From Lama glama (taxonomy: Eukaryota): DNA of 64,000 nt. Within the stretch, counting starts at the first letter, position 1. Each line of letters begins with the position of its first letter. Location: assembly GCA_028534125.1 (NCBI GenBank), contig CM052817.1, positions 69,380,001 through 69,444,000 on the forward strand, read 5' to 3'. Positions 40,049 through 52,563 of the stretch are shown piece after piece. The position numbers were made by a program, and so were the translations under genes. The notes under the pieces were generated by a model, which saw only the letters and a list, made by a program, of their open reading frames with translations, was not told the origin of the DNA and made no database searches.

Positions 40049-42490
40049 CTATAATAATAAATAAAAGTCATTATAATTTTAAAATGTTTGCCCTGTGCAC
40101 AGCCCCAGGTTACCTTCCCCATTGTACTCTATGTTGCGATAAGGAGAAGAAGGGACCCATTCAAATAGAACACAGTAACTGATACTGTGTCCACCTAAAT
40201 CCAGGACACTGGTTGCAAGTTAAATATGAAAAGATACTATAGTTAAATCATTTTATGACACCCCCTAGTACTATTAATTAGAAAGATAACTCATCATTCC
40301 CTACTGACATTGGCAGTACAGTGTAAAATAGAAGAGTTTATAAACTGGGTCAATTATTATTAAATATCAACACACTATCATTAATAATAAGTAACATTGT
40401 AACTCCATTCTTCTCATAAGTACCATTTAACTAGTAGAAAATCTTTGTAGGGCTACATGCAACTATTTTACTTAAGGCTAAAATGTGGTCTATGAAATGA
40501 CATGTAAGAATTCCAAACCGAACCTGGTTTAGGATCCTCAGTCAAGTCTAGTGGGGATGAAAACACGCATTTTCTTCCTTTAGTTCACTAAATTAGAGAA
40601 GTTTGTATTCTGGGCAATTTCAGAATTGGAGAAACCTAAACACTAACATTTCTGGATGCTGTCATCAACAATTCACAAGAAAAATAAAACCAGGAACTCC
40701 ATTGATTGAACAATAGCTATGTATATTTCTATAAAACCTATCTAAATAGTCTCCTGTGATTGGAAGATGTCCTACATAACTAAAAGCTTTCTAGGAGAAA
40801 AAAATTTCCATTGCAATAGGTGGCAGTACAGTCCATCATGTGGTAGTTTTAAATTAAATTCAAAGTTACTTCTAGTTGTCCTAGGGTCTACATTTTTTTT
40901 AATTAGTCACTACTTCCATAGATATCAAATCCATGCTAGGATATTCACTCTAACTCTCATTCTTTAGCTGTTGGTCAAATATTTTCTAATTTTAATGTTT
41001 AGATAGCTAAAGAGAGATCTAATTGTCTAATTCATAGATATTTCTCTATTTTCTTGATCTGGCACCCAAGGCACCAACTCTAAGTTAATGACAATTCTAC
41101 TTCACTGCACAGTGCTATGATCTGTGTGAGAATTTCAGAAATTCTCACTGTCTTGACTATAACAAAGATATATACAATATTGAGAGCATGCTGCTTCACT
41201 GGCCAAGAGAAATATAGTGGAGTCAGTCTAGTTTATAATTTATTTAGCAGAAGTAGTTTCACAGTCCATCGTGACGTTCCAGACTAGAATAAATTAGTAA
41301 GCTTACTTAGCCAGTTTCTAAGATATCTACAATGTGTGAGGCTCTGCATTAGGTACTGGAATGAAACACAAGGATGAATAAGGCATGATGATCATTTTCT
41401 ACTAGTAGCTCACAATCTGTCTTTGGTGGAAGATGGGACTTCCATCACCTAGATGCACAGATTACCAAAGTGACTTTTCTTCAATAAATTTTATTTTAGT
41501 TTAGCAATCATTTAAACAGTTGAGTAAATACAGATTTCTTCCTACTTTCAAATAAAACATGTGTACCAAGAGAACAATAATGAGCATTTTAATTTCCTAA
41601 TCTGTTCAATACTGATTTATTGATACAAAGAAAGATGGAAAAAAAGGAAGTGGAAAGTAATGATCATAAAGTTAATCAATGTTTGCTATATACCTACTAT
41701 GGATAAATACCAGAAAAAGTATCTTTACTAGGAAATAAAGCTTTGAAGGAAAAGAAAAATGGGAAATAAATGGGAAAGGACACGTGGCCAAAAGATAACA
41801 GAAGCTTCAAGATTAAAAATCATAGAAAAAATTAACTGACACCCATGGAATTAAAAACAAATGTGCTTGTGACCTAGATATTGTCATCATTATCATTACT
41901 ATTAACACTATATTATTTTTTATTATGTAAGAGAATGAAAAAATAAATATCCCAACTCAGGGAAGGCTAAGTGGACAGAATACAATTGCGAGCTATTTGG
42001 GTTGAGGGAAAGCAGAGGAAAAAGAGGAATGGTTGAGTCTTGGGAAACAGAATTAAATGTGACAAATGTAGAACAGTAACTCTGGTCTTATTGGACATCA
42101 TGCTGTCATATTTGAAGAATACAGCAACTCATAAAAAATAAACACACAATCACAGGAAAAGAAAGTTACCATTTATAGAGCACATGTGCAGCTTCTCAGT
42201 TGTGCATTGTTGAGTATATTTTCCTTTTAATAAAAAGCTCTTTTTAATATATAAAAATATATGAAACTATTTGAGGAGTGGTGAAAAAGCAATGGTTTCA
42301 CATTCAAATATCTATCAAACATATTATTTGTTAGAGAAAACTTCTCACCAAAACACTGCTCATTCACAAGACATTTGAGAAAACAGAAAACCAAAATGCA
42401 GTCAGTTGGACCACTGTTAAATTTGTTCATAGTTTATCTGAACTGAGGTTTGAAACAAGACTGAATCTATATTCATACAAGAAAATGTAC

Positions 42491-42638
42491 ATTTCAAGGT
42501 GCAGCAACTCCTTTCCAAATATCTCAATACAAGATGTAGAACATTTCTGAGGAATTACACAACCGGTTCTCAGCCAAGTATCATCGGACTTCCACCACCC
42601 AAGGCAGTATTCTTCTTGAAATGAACATCTTGGAATGA
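42491..42638 (-). pseudogene. Candidate exon: IPRCSFQEEYCLGWWKSDDTWLRTGCVIPQKCSTSCIEIFGKELLHLE
   Basis: Stop-free Cys/Trp-rich frame in a non-repeat island. Splice sites weak. Confidence 0.3.
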
Positions 42639-43639
42639 CTAATTACTATTATACATTTTGTGGTTGTAAAACTTAAAAACAAAAACAAAAACAAAAAACC
42701 AAGGCAAACGTTCCCATGGATTACTTGGACTAATGGACCAGTTGTGACTTCACTGGCAACTAATTAGGAAGAACTAAATATGTCCAGCATTTTAGAGCAA
42801 CCACACAATTTACATAATAATGGCATAAATATCATAAACTGCTGCTGAATGAGGAAACATGTTGACATGTGTCATAAAATCCTTGAACCACAATGAATAT
42901 CTTCAAAAATGAATTATATCACCATGCTTAATCAGGTTCTGATTCACATTCATTTGATATTTAGAGACACAAAATTCAAATACAATAGTGCCTAAGCACA
43001 AGTTGCTTCTGTAGAGCAGATATAAAAGTTACGAAATGCCTGAGGTTTTCTCCCCTTCTTTAAAGCTAATGAATATCCTCTTAAAATGTGTTAGATCTGC
43101 AATGATTTAAAGTAGAAAAATTTTATCCATATACATGTTTCCAGTTAAGCTGATAGTAAATGATGAGATAGGACAAACACAGAATTTCATTTTACATTTA
43201 CGTTCAGCATTAGTCCTGACTGGAAGTCACAAACAGTAACATTTCTCTTACACATACATAGGCATATATGTGTATATATAGACACATGTAAATGCATATA
43301 TATATATATATACATATATACACATACACAAACATTCTTTCATGAAAAATTGTTTAAAGAATGGGAAGCTGGTTTTAATGAGTAATTTTAAATGTTTGAG
43401 CCAGGAAAGCCGTCAGAAGAATAGTAAAATATGCTGAATTAAGTACATTATACTCTACATAATTACTCAAAAATTCTGAAAACTCAGTGGAACGATTTTA
43501 CTTCCATCAGAGAGCTCTAAAGCCAGTGCTCTATGAGGTACATTAAAGCAATATTTTATTTCTGTGATACCCCAGTCTCCTAGAATTATAAAATAAAAAA
43601 CAATTCTAATACTCTGCATTATTCCAACTACTTCATAAC

Positions 43640-43835
43640 TATTAATTTATTTAATCTTCAGAATAAACTTGTGAGGTAGGTACTATTATTATCATCTCTG
43701 CTTCACAGACAAGAAAACTGGTGTAAAAATGTTAAGAAACTTGCCCAAAGTCAATGATCTAGTAAATGTCAGATCTGAGTTTTGAAGTAAGGAAGTATGG
43801 AAGCAGAGTCTGTGATCTAAACCACTATACCACAA
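43640..43835 (-). mobile_element. MIR
   Basis: gtgaggtaggtactattatt...aacttgcccaaagtca. Confidence 0.75.
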
Positions 43836-43857
43836 TGACTTCCACAAAATTCTACCA

Positions 43858-46400
43858 CAGTTGACCACTGAACAACACAGTTTGAATTGCATGGATCTAC
43901 TTATCTACAGATTTTTTCAATAAATATATTAGAAAAATTTTTGAAGATTCGCAACAATTTGATAAAGTTCAAAAACCATGTAGCCTAGAAATATCAAAAA
44001 AAAATTGAGTCAAGTATGTCATGAATGCATAAAATATATGTACATACTACTCTGTGTTATCATCTACTACCATAAAATACACACAAATCTGCTATAAAAG
44101 TTAAAATTTATCAAAACTTACACTCACAAACACTAACAGACTGTATGTGGTGCCATTTGCAGTCAAGAGAAATGTAAATAAACATAAAGATGCAGTATTA
44201 AATCATAACTGCATAAAATTAACTGTAGCATATACTGTACTAATGTAATAATTTTGTAGCCACCTCCTATTGCTACTGAGATGATCTCAAGTGTTGTGAG
44301 TATCAGGTGAAAACACCATGTGACACTCATCATCTTTGTGTGATCAGTTGGTCTTTCCAGTAAACTGAGTACCGCAGTTAAAGTGATCTGTCATGGTTCT
44401 CACGTACTTTTCAGGGTGTTTAGCATAACATCATAAATCTTGAATAACATCATGCTACCCATATGAAGAGCCACTAGTGAGGCTAGGAGTGCTACCAACA
44501 AGCAGAAAAAAGTCATGACATTGCAAGAAAAGGTTGAACTGTTTGATATGTACCATAGATTGAGGTCTACAGCTATGGCTGCACATCATTTCAAGATAGA
44601 TGAATCTAGCATAAGGATCATTGTAAAAAAAAAAAGAGAGAGAAAGAGAGAGAGAGAGAGAAAGAAGGAAAGAAAGAAGGAAAGAAGGAAGGAAAGAAAG
44701 GAAGAAGGAAGGAAGGAGGGAAGGAAGGAAGGAAATTCATGAAGGCATCCCTGCAACTATGCCAGCAGGTGCAAAACCTTGTGCTTTTTGCAAAATACCT
44801 TTTTAATCTTGTATTAAAAATGCAGCTTTTATGTGGGTGTATGATTGCTATAAGAAAGGCATACCCATAGGCTCTAATATGATTCAAGAAAAAGCAGTCA
44901 TTTTATGATAACTTAAAGCAAAAAGAAGGATCTAAATCTGGAGAATTTAATGCCAGCAAAGAATGGTTTGATAATTTCAGGAAAAGTTTGGCTTAAAAAA
45001 TGTCAAGATAACAGAATAAGCAGCTTCTACCAACCAAAAGGCAGCAGAATTCCCAGATGTCATGAAGCAAACCATTGAGGAGAAAAGAGATCTGCCTGAA
45101 CAATTTTTTGATGCCGATGAAAATGCTCTATTGTAGAAAAAAATACTACACAAAGGACATTTATTTGGAAGAGAAGCGAGCACCAGGATTTAAGGTAGGA
45201 AGGGATAGAATAATTTCACTGTTTTGTTCAAGTGCAGTTGGGTTTATGATCACGGATATCCTTACCTACAAAGCTGCTAACATTTGAGCCTTAAAAGGAA
45301 GAGATAAACGCCAGCTACTAGTCTATTGGTTGTACAAGAAGGCTCAGACAATGAGAAGTCTTTTTCTGGATTGATTCCATCAATACTTTGTCTTTGAAGT
45401 CAGGAAATATCTTGCCAGTAAGGGACTTCCTTTTAAAGTTCTTTTGATATTGGACCATGCCGCCCTGGCCACCTGGAACCTCATGAGTGCAACACCAAGA
45501 GCATCAAAGCGGTCTACTTGCCCACAAACACAAGTCTGTAATTCAGCCTCTAGATTAGGGGGTCATAAAGACCTTTAAGTCTCATTACACACAGTACTCT
45601 ATAGAAGGGATTGTCAATGCTATTGAAGAGAATCCCAACAGAGGGAACACCATGAAAGTCTGGAAAAATTACACCATTGAAGATGCCACTGCAGTCATAG
45701 AAAAAGCCATGAAAGCCATCAAGCCTGAAACAATAAATTCCTGTGGGAAAAAACCATGTTCAGATGTTGTGAATGACTTCACAGGACTTACAACAGAGTC
45801 AATCAAGAAAGTCAAGAAGGAGATTGTGGATATGCATGAGGCTGAAGGGTTTTAAGATATGGATCTTAGAGAAATTCAAGAGCTAATAGACATCACACCA
45901 GAGGAATTAACAGAAGATGACCTGATGGAGGTGAGTGCTTCCAAACCAGTGCCAGATGATGAGAAAGAAGACATAGAAGAAGCAGTGCTAGCAAACAGGT
46001 TGACAGCAGGCAATCTGGCAAAAGGGTCGTAATTATTCAAGACTACTTTCAACTTCTATTACAACATGGGCCCTTCTTTGGTACAGGGACTGAAACTGAA
46101 GCAAATGGTGGAAGGATTAGTAGCATACAGAAACATTTTTAGAGAAATGAAAAAACAAGAAGACAGAAATTATTATGTATTTCTGTAAAGTTACACCAAC
46201 TGTGCCTACCTCTTCTGCTTCCCCATCCACCTCCTCCATCTCTTTCACCTCTGCCACCCCTGAGACAACAAGACCAAACCCTCCTCTTCCTCCTCCTCCT
46301 TGGCTTATTCAACATGAAGATGAAGGTGAAGACTTTTGTGATGATCCACTTTAAGTTAATGAATAATAAATAATCATCATGCCACACAATTAATATACTT
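43858..46400 (+). mobile_element. Near full-length Tigger2-type DNA transposon, decayed transposase, 3' TIR missing
   Basis: 5' TIR cagttgaccactgaacaacac. ORF fragments MTLQEKVELFDMYHRLRS (HTH) and MKVWKNYTIEDA... (end of DDE_1). Confidence 0.85.
44625..44733 (+). repeat. Compound A/(GA)/(GAAA)/(GGAA) microsatellite inside the Tigger2 transposase
   Basis: Direct observation. Confidence 0.95.
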
Positions 46401-46439
46401 CTCTGTTGTGTGCGTGAGTGTCTTCAATGTTAAAATCTA

Positions 46440-47838
46440 ATAACTGAAAAGAATGCCTTATTCACTATCATGGTGTTCCATGCAGCATCACTTCTGATTG
46501 AGAAAATTGTTTCACAGCAAATTAAGTGTGGCAAGGAGTTCGTACTCATGAAATTCATGAAATTCACTGGTTTCGACCATGTACTCCATAAGCCTGAATC
46601 AACTGGCTTGATAGAATAGTGGAATGGCCTTTTGAACACTCAGTTGTAGCATCAGGTGATTATATCTTGTAGGGCTGGACAATGTCCTCTGGATGGTGAT
46701 AGATATACTCCAAGTCAATATTCAACATACGGTGCTATTTCTGGGCCATAATTCATGGGTCTAATTCATGGGTCTGGGAATCAAAATGTGGATATGAAAG
46801 TGGTTTCTTTCCCTATTGATCCCTGGTGTTCCACTAGCAACATTTTTACTTCCTATCCCTGCAATTTTAACTTCTGCTGGTTTAGAGATTTTTAGTTCCA
46901 AAGGGAGAAATTCTTCGGACACAACAATGATTTCCCTGAACCACAAGTTGAGACTGACTGCTACCTGGCATCTCTGGCTCCTCCTATCACTGAATTATCC
47001 AGCAAAGAAAGGGGTTACTCTACTGACTGGGTGATTGATCCTGATTATCAAGGGAAAATTGAAAATGACAATGAAGGTAAGGAGGAATATTTCTGGGATT
47101 CAGTAGCATCAAGGGTGCTTCTAGTTCTCCCATGTCCTGTGATTAAAGTCAACAGAGAACTACAACAACCCAATACAGCCAGGACTGCCAGTAGCCTACA
47201 CAATTCAGGAATGAAAGTTTTGGTCACCCTGACATGCAAGGAATCAGAACTAGCTGAGGTACCAGCTGAGAGCAAAGGAATATAGAAAGGAATGTGGCCT
47301 AATGGAAGAAGGAATTACAAATACCAGTTATTATCACATGACTAGTTGCAGAAATGAGGCCTATGAAAGATATAGGATATGGGTTTTTCCTTATTTTGAT
47401 ATGAATATGTTTGTGTGTATACAATATTTATATGCATTGTATATGTATATATACATATATATCTTAACATATGTAATATTTATATACAATAACCAAATAC
47501 ACAGATATATATCAAACATATTTGTTTTCTTCCCTCCCTTATCCTCTTATTATCTAACATAATATACATGAACACCAGCTAACTCTGTATCTCAGTTAGA
47601 TCTCTATTTAAGTTATAGGATGTCAAAGAAGGAATGTGAATCAACTATAAGAATGAGTATGATCCAAAGAAAGAAAAAGGACTTTGTATCCTTTTTAGGA
47701 GAATTGGTTGGCATGTGATCAGTTGTATATGGGATAGTTGAATCAGGTTAGTCAGAACATTACTCTGTTGGTGTCTTTATACTGAGATTACATACAGTTT
47801 AAGGAAATACATATGCTTGCCAAGTTGACAAAGGGTGG
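46440..47838 (+). mobile_element. ERVL-class internal remnant (integrase/dUTPase-like region to PPT)
   Basis: gcctgaatcaactggcttgatagaatagtggaatggccttttgaa is integrase-like; GVIDPDYQG-like segment; PPT-like ttgacaaagggtggat. Confidence 0.75.
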
Positions 47839-47839
47839 A

Positions 47840-48410
47840 TTGTGGTGGCTTTGTAATATGTCAGCTTGCTGGAAAAATATGTTTCCCAGAATTCCCTTTC
47901 CTGTTATGTCTGGTCACAGTGGAGCACAAGAGAGATTCTTATTGGAGATCTGGATGATGAAAGTGAAGCAGCAGCTATTTTGTAGCTCACACACCGCTTA
48001 TCACATAACATGAACAGAAGCCAGGTCTGCAACTTCTCTACCTTCCTGTCCCTTCAGCTTCTCTGACCCTTGGGCCAACAAATGTGTGTAACTCTATGAT
48101 GAATAGCCCTGGCTTCTGCAAGACACCACTAAAGGTAGAGGGGAAAAGAAAAATACAGGTTTTGGTCCATTCTCATGGACTCCAGCTTGTGTTTATGGTT
48201 TCCAACTTGTTCTTGCTCTCTCCCACCTTACTTCCATCTTTCCTTTCTGATATCTACCTTGAGGACTTTAAGCTCCAGCCTCAGATATGGGGAGCCTTAC
48301 AGAGACCACCAACCTAACAGCTCCTACAGTTACACAGTGTGTGTGTGTGTATGTGTGTGTGTGTGTAAAGCCCTAATTTTTCTATTTCCCTGATTGAACA
48401 CTAAAATAGT
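47840..48410 (+). mobile_element. MLT2-like 3' LTR of the ERVL remnant, with internal (TG)n
   Basis: Starts tgtggtggctttgtaatatgtcagctt directly after the PPT and ends ...tttccctgattgaacactaaaata. Confidence 0.6.
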
Positions 48411-49174
48411 GTAGAAAAGGAATACTGGTGGTGCAGAGAGAGGTGCAATAAATATGAAATTGAAGAACTCCTAGAGTGGTGAGATGGTCTTTAGAACAAA
48501 GGTGGAGAGATTCAGAGACATAAAAGAACAACTTTTTCTCTAAACTGAAGGAAAGAGATATCTAGGAAGACAAAAGTCAAAACTGAGACAATACTAGATT
48601 TGAGAGTTTAATCTGAGACTCCCAAATCTCTGGAAAAGAGAGCAAGTTTTCCTGCAGTAGAAAACAGAGACTGTTACAATCATTAGCTTAATAGTGGTAA
48701 AGGTTCAGGGAAAATGGTGTGAAATTCTCTAAGCAGCAAATAATTACATATTTTTAAAGTATAGCAAAAATGATCTAGATGGTAGTAGCTATTACGAATT
48801 TGTCCTACTTTAGGCTTCTTCTTGTACCTTTCCCCTTCTATCAGAAAGAGAAGTGGCAGCAAGTATCATGGATAATTCAGAGTTAAGGAGACAAGGCAGA
48901 AGCTAAGGGTCTAGGAGCCTAGGGTGGTCCCAGGGAGTAGCATTAAAATAGCAAACCATGCTGACCATACTAGTTCAGGATTCTACTGAGCAGGAGTGGC
49001 CCATTGGATAGAATGCGTGCTAGGAGTTGAGGGTCTGTTTTGTTGTGGATAAGCAACAGAGTCTCTGAAAATTACAAATTGGGAGGGAAAAAATTATCTG
49101 TAGAGATATTATCAAAGAGATAAACATCAAGCTCCAAGCTTGGCAGTATGACAGTATTCTGTAATCATAAGCAC

Positions 49175-49673
49175 CTGAGTGTGGAAAGCGGCAATGAAAG
49201 TCAAGTACTGAGGCAACTGAATTGAGACAACAGTCCTAAGAATATGTACTGTAATTTTTAAACAATATTTATCCAAATCTTGTGCTATTTGCCTGGAATC
49301 TCTTACACACTCTGCCGTCGCATTTGAATCATTTAAATTAATCATTTAAAGTTCAGGGAAATCTAGGGGGAAAATTATTTTTTCTAAGTTTACTCTGCTT
49401 ATTAATTTACGTGTGCTTAATATTTTATCACACTTCTTTCCATAAAGACCAGATCCTTGGATGATTCCAGTATTAGAATGAAGATTCGTATCAGGAAACA
49501 GTTAAATGCTAGCTGTAGATTAGTCCATGGATATGGTCGTCTTTACTTCACCCAAGTCACTTCTTTACTCAGCGGTATTCTCCTTACATAGATAAGCATG
49601 TGAGTTCTCTCTAGGATCAAGTCAAACTAACAATCTGTCATTTGACTGCTTCCTTCCTCTTTAAATATTACTC
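49175..49673 (-). pseudogene. One or two candidate exons (49673-49411; 49362-49175)
   Basis: Acceptor tttttccccctag at 49363 precedes ORF 49127..49345. The intervening intron would be only 48 nt, so boundaries are uncertain. Confidence 0.3.
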
Positions 49674-50399
49674 CTAAAATTTTTTCATTTGGTAAGTTTT
49701 TTCAGATAAAATGTCTTGGTAAGCCCTCTGTAATCATAAAAATATAACACTATCTCCAAGAGCCTATCACTTCCGAGACGCAATCACTCTTTCTGCTATT
49801 GTCATATATGAACTGCAAGCAGTGCCTGGCATGGACTGTGAGGCCCTGAGGCATGGACCATGTCATCCCCCATGATTTTTTTGTTTTTTGTTTTAGGAGA
49901 TTTTTATATATATATATATATAGCACTGAGTACACAGCTTGTGCTCAACAAATGATAAATAACAATCATGAATTTCATTTGTAGATGGGATCATTTGAGA
50001 AATGAAATCTTTTCATATGAACTGGTCAACAAATTCTCCCTCTGCTCAGGAAAAAATGTCCTAACCCCTCCCCCCGAATGCAGATTGGATTAGATACAGA
50101 GTTTATTCTCAGGCACATATCCTAGAGTATATCAGGTTACTAAAATAAAAGTCAGCAATAATGGAATATTCCTGGGAATGATGGTACATTTTGTGATAAC
50201 AGCAAATATACAAATACAGGAAATACATTTGAGCACATTCCCACAATTCCAGACCAGGAGGTGGTCAGATGTTCAGAGTCAATTAGCCACAAACACCTTC
50301 TATTAAAAGACACACAAAGTACAGGTTCCTGATATTGACTAGTTCAGTCAGCCTAGTGAAACATCACATTGCTTGTTTTTTTAAAACTCATTGAATTAA

Positions 50400-51700
50400 T
50401 GTAATGTGAATTTATTAAGTGCCTGTTATATGTCCACACTATTTTAGCAATAATGACATGTAGATTAATAACACCCATGTCTTTACCCAAAAGAGTCCAC
50501 AATTTTATGGGGTAGGCAGATGTGTAAATAGTTACAATAGAGGATGGTGAGATAGATGTCCACATAGCAATATGTACAAGGTACCATGAAAGCACAGAGG
50601 AGGAAGTACTAAATTTTGTTGATTTCTAGATTTTTAAAGATATTCTCCCCAGACTGAAGTACCTACTTTACAAAAAGTTATATTCCCATCAACTTTAATA
50701 CAACATGAATACGTATCTTTTCTTACATCCTCACATCACTATAATTCTGTTTATTGCTTTCTTTTCTCCTTGTAAACTTCTCATGGGAAAGAACAGTCTT
50801 ACTTATAAGAATTAAGCTACTACGATCTTTTACCAAGATCATTACACAAACTGGCCTCACTGCTTCTGCTCTTACGCCCAATTCATTCTGTTTTCAATGT
50901 AGCCTGTAGAAAGATTCTATTTAAACAGACGTAGGATCATGCCATCTTTCTACTAAAACCCTCCAGTGGTTTTACATCTCACTTAAAGTAAAAGCCAAAG
51001 TACTTACAATAGCAAATCAATCCATCAACCACCAAACAATCCCACATCACCATCCCCTACCCCCCATCTCAGTCCTACTGCTCTTCCCTTCACACACTCT
51101 ACTCTCGCTCACTGCTCTCCTTTGAAAATGATGCTGATCGCTGCTCTGAACTGAGGTCTTTGTACTTGCCATCTCTCTGGCTCAAGTTCTCTTCACATAC
51201 CGCTCAGTCTCTCACCTCCCCTCACTCCATTCATGTATTTACTCAGACATCATCTTCTCAGTGAAGACTTCTATGGACAGTATATTTAAAATTCCAACCC
51301 TCCCTTACTGCCTATACCCTCCCCTCCTTTATTTTACTCCATAGCATATAACACTTTTAAACACACATTATATTTTTCTCACTTATCTTACTTCCTCTTA
51401 CCTTATCTTATTTACTATAGGTCTTCCTCACTCTCCCACAACCACACAAGTGGAGAATGAGTCCCAGAAGCTCAAAGATTTTCATTTGTCTGATTCATTG
51501 TTTTCACTCATATATGGCAACCAATAGATTTGTGTTTAATGTATTATATATTGACTTATGGATTTATTTGTGTAATTTAAGATTTGTCTTCCTATTAGGC
51601 TGTAAGGTTCATAAGAAAGGGACAACGTCTATTTTGCTCACCACGGAATTTTTAATACCTAACACTGTCCTTGACTAGGAAATCATTTAAATATCATTTA
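50400..51700. mobile_element. L2 fragments in both orientations
   Basis: Minus 3' end at 50400-50620; plus-strand aaaaccctccagtggtttt...ggctgtaaggttcat. Confidence 0.65.
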
Positions 51701-52563
51701 CCAGTAAATTAATGATACATATATTTATTATGAGTGATATGCTTATTATGAATTATTTCAAAAGACATTGATAAACCCCACCACCTTGAAATTGACTTAC
51801 AAATATGCAACTGCGAATCAAATCAATTATTTGATAAAAGTAATAATAGCATAATATAATGTAAAAGAGTGTATCATATAAAAACCACTTAACCATTTAA
51901 AATAAAACATTCAAAAATAAACTGAATCTTATAACACTGGGTGAAAATACACACATTATGATATCTGTCTTGAAAAATATAAAGCTTGTCAAACAACTCT
52001 ACTTATTATTAAGAAAGATATGCATATGCAGAAAAAAGGAAGAAAGAAATGCATGAGAACAATTAATACCAAATTCAGGAGAGTATATACCTCTACAGGG
52101 GAAGCGGGCTGCAATTAGGAAAAGGCACATGAGGGATTTTGACTGGGTTTGTAATGTTTCCTTTGGATAAGCCAGCTGTGGATACGTGGCTGCTCATTAC
52201 AGTATTCTTCATGCATTTTGGTCTCTCTGAAATTGTTCCAAATAAAGAAAAACACAAATAAACATGTAAAATACACTGCCTACAACCCAAGAGGAGCTTT
52301 CAACTATCCCATGTTCTTCCTTTGCTATACTACCTGAGCAAGCTCTTCCATGTTCCTTGAGAAGCATGATGACTGGCAATGCTTAGGTCGCTTGTTCTCC
52401 AAGTTTTACCTCTTTCTGCTGTGCCCTGAATCCTCACAGGTGTTAACACCAGTACACAGAAAAAATGTTTACTTGCTAACTGGCTTTTATTCTTTATATT
52501 CAGCTGTAATTATCTAATGTTTTCCCACTCTATAATAGCTGGAATTAAAGAGAAATTAGAAAC

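Noticed and set aside
46749..46774. 13-bp tandem duplication taattcatgggtc (similar short ones near 46547, 53903, 54711)
   Set aside because: Ordinary slippage duplications in neutral sequence.
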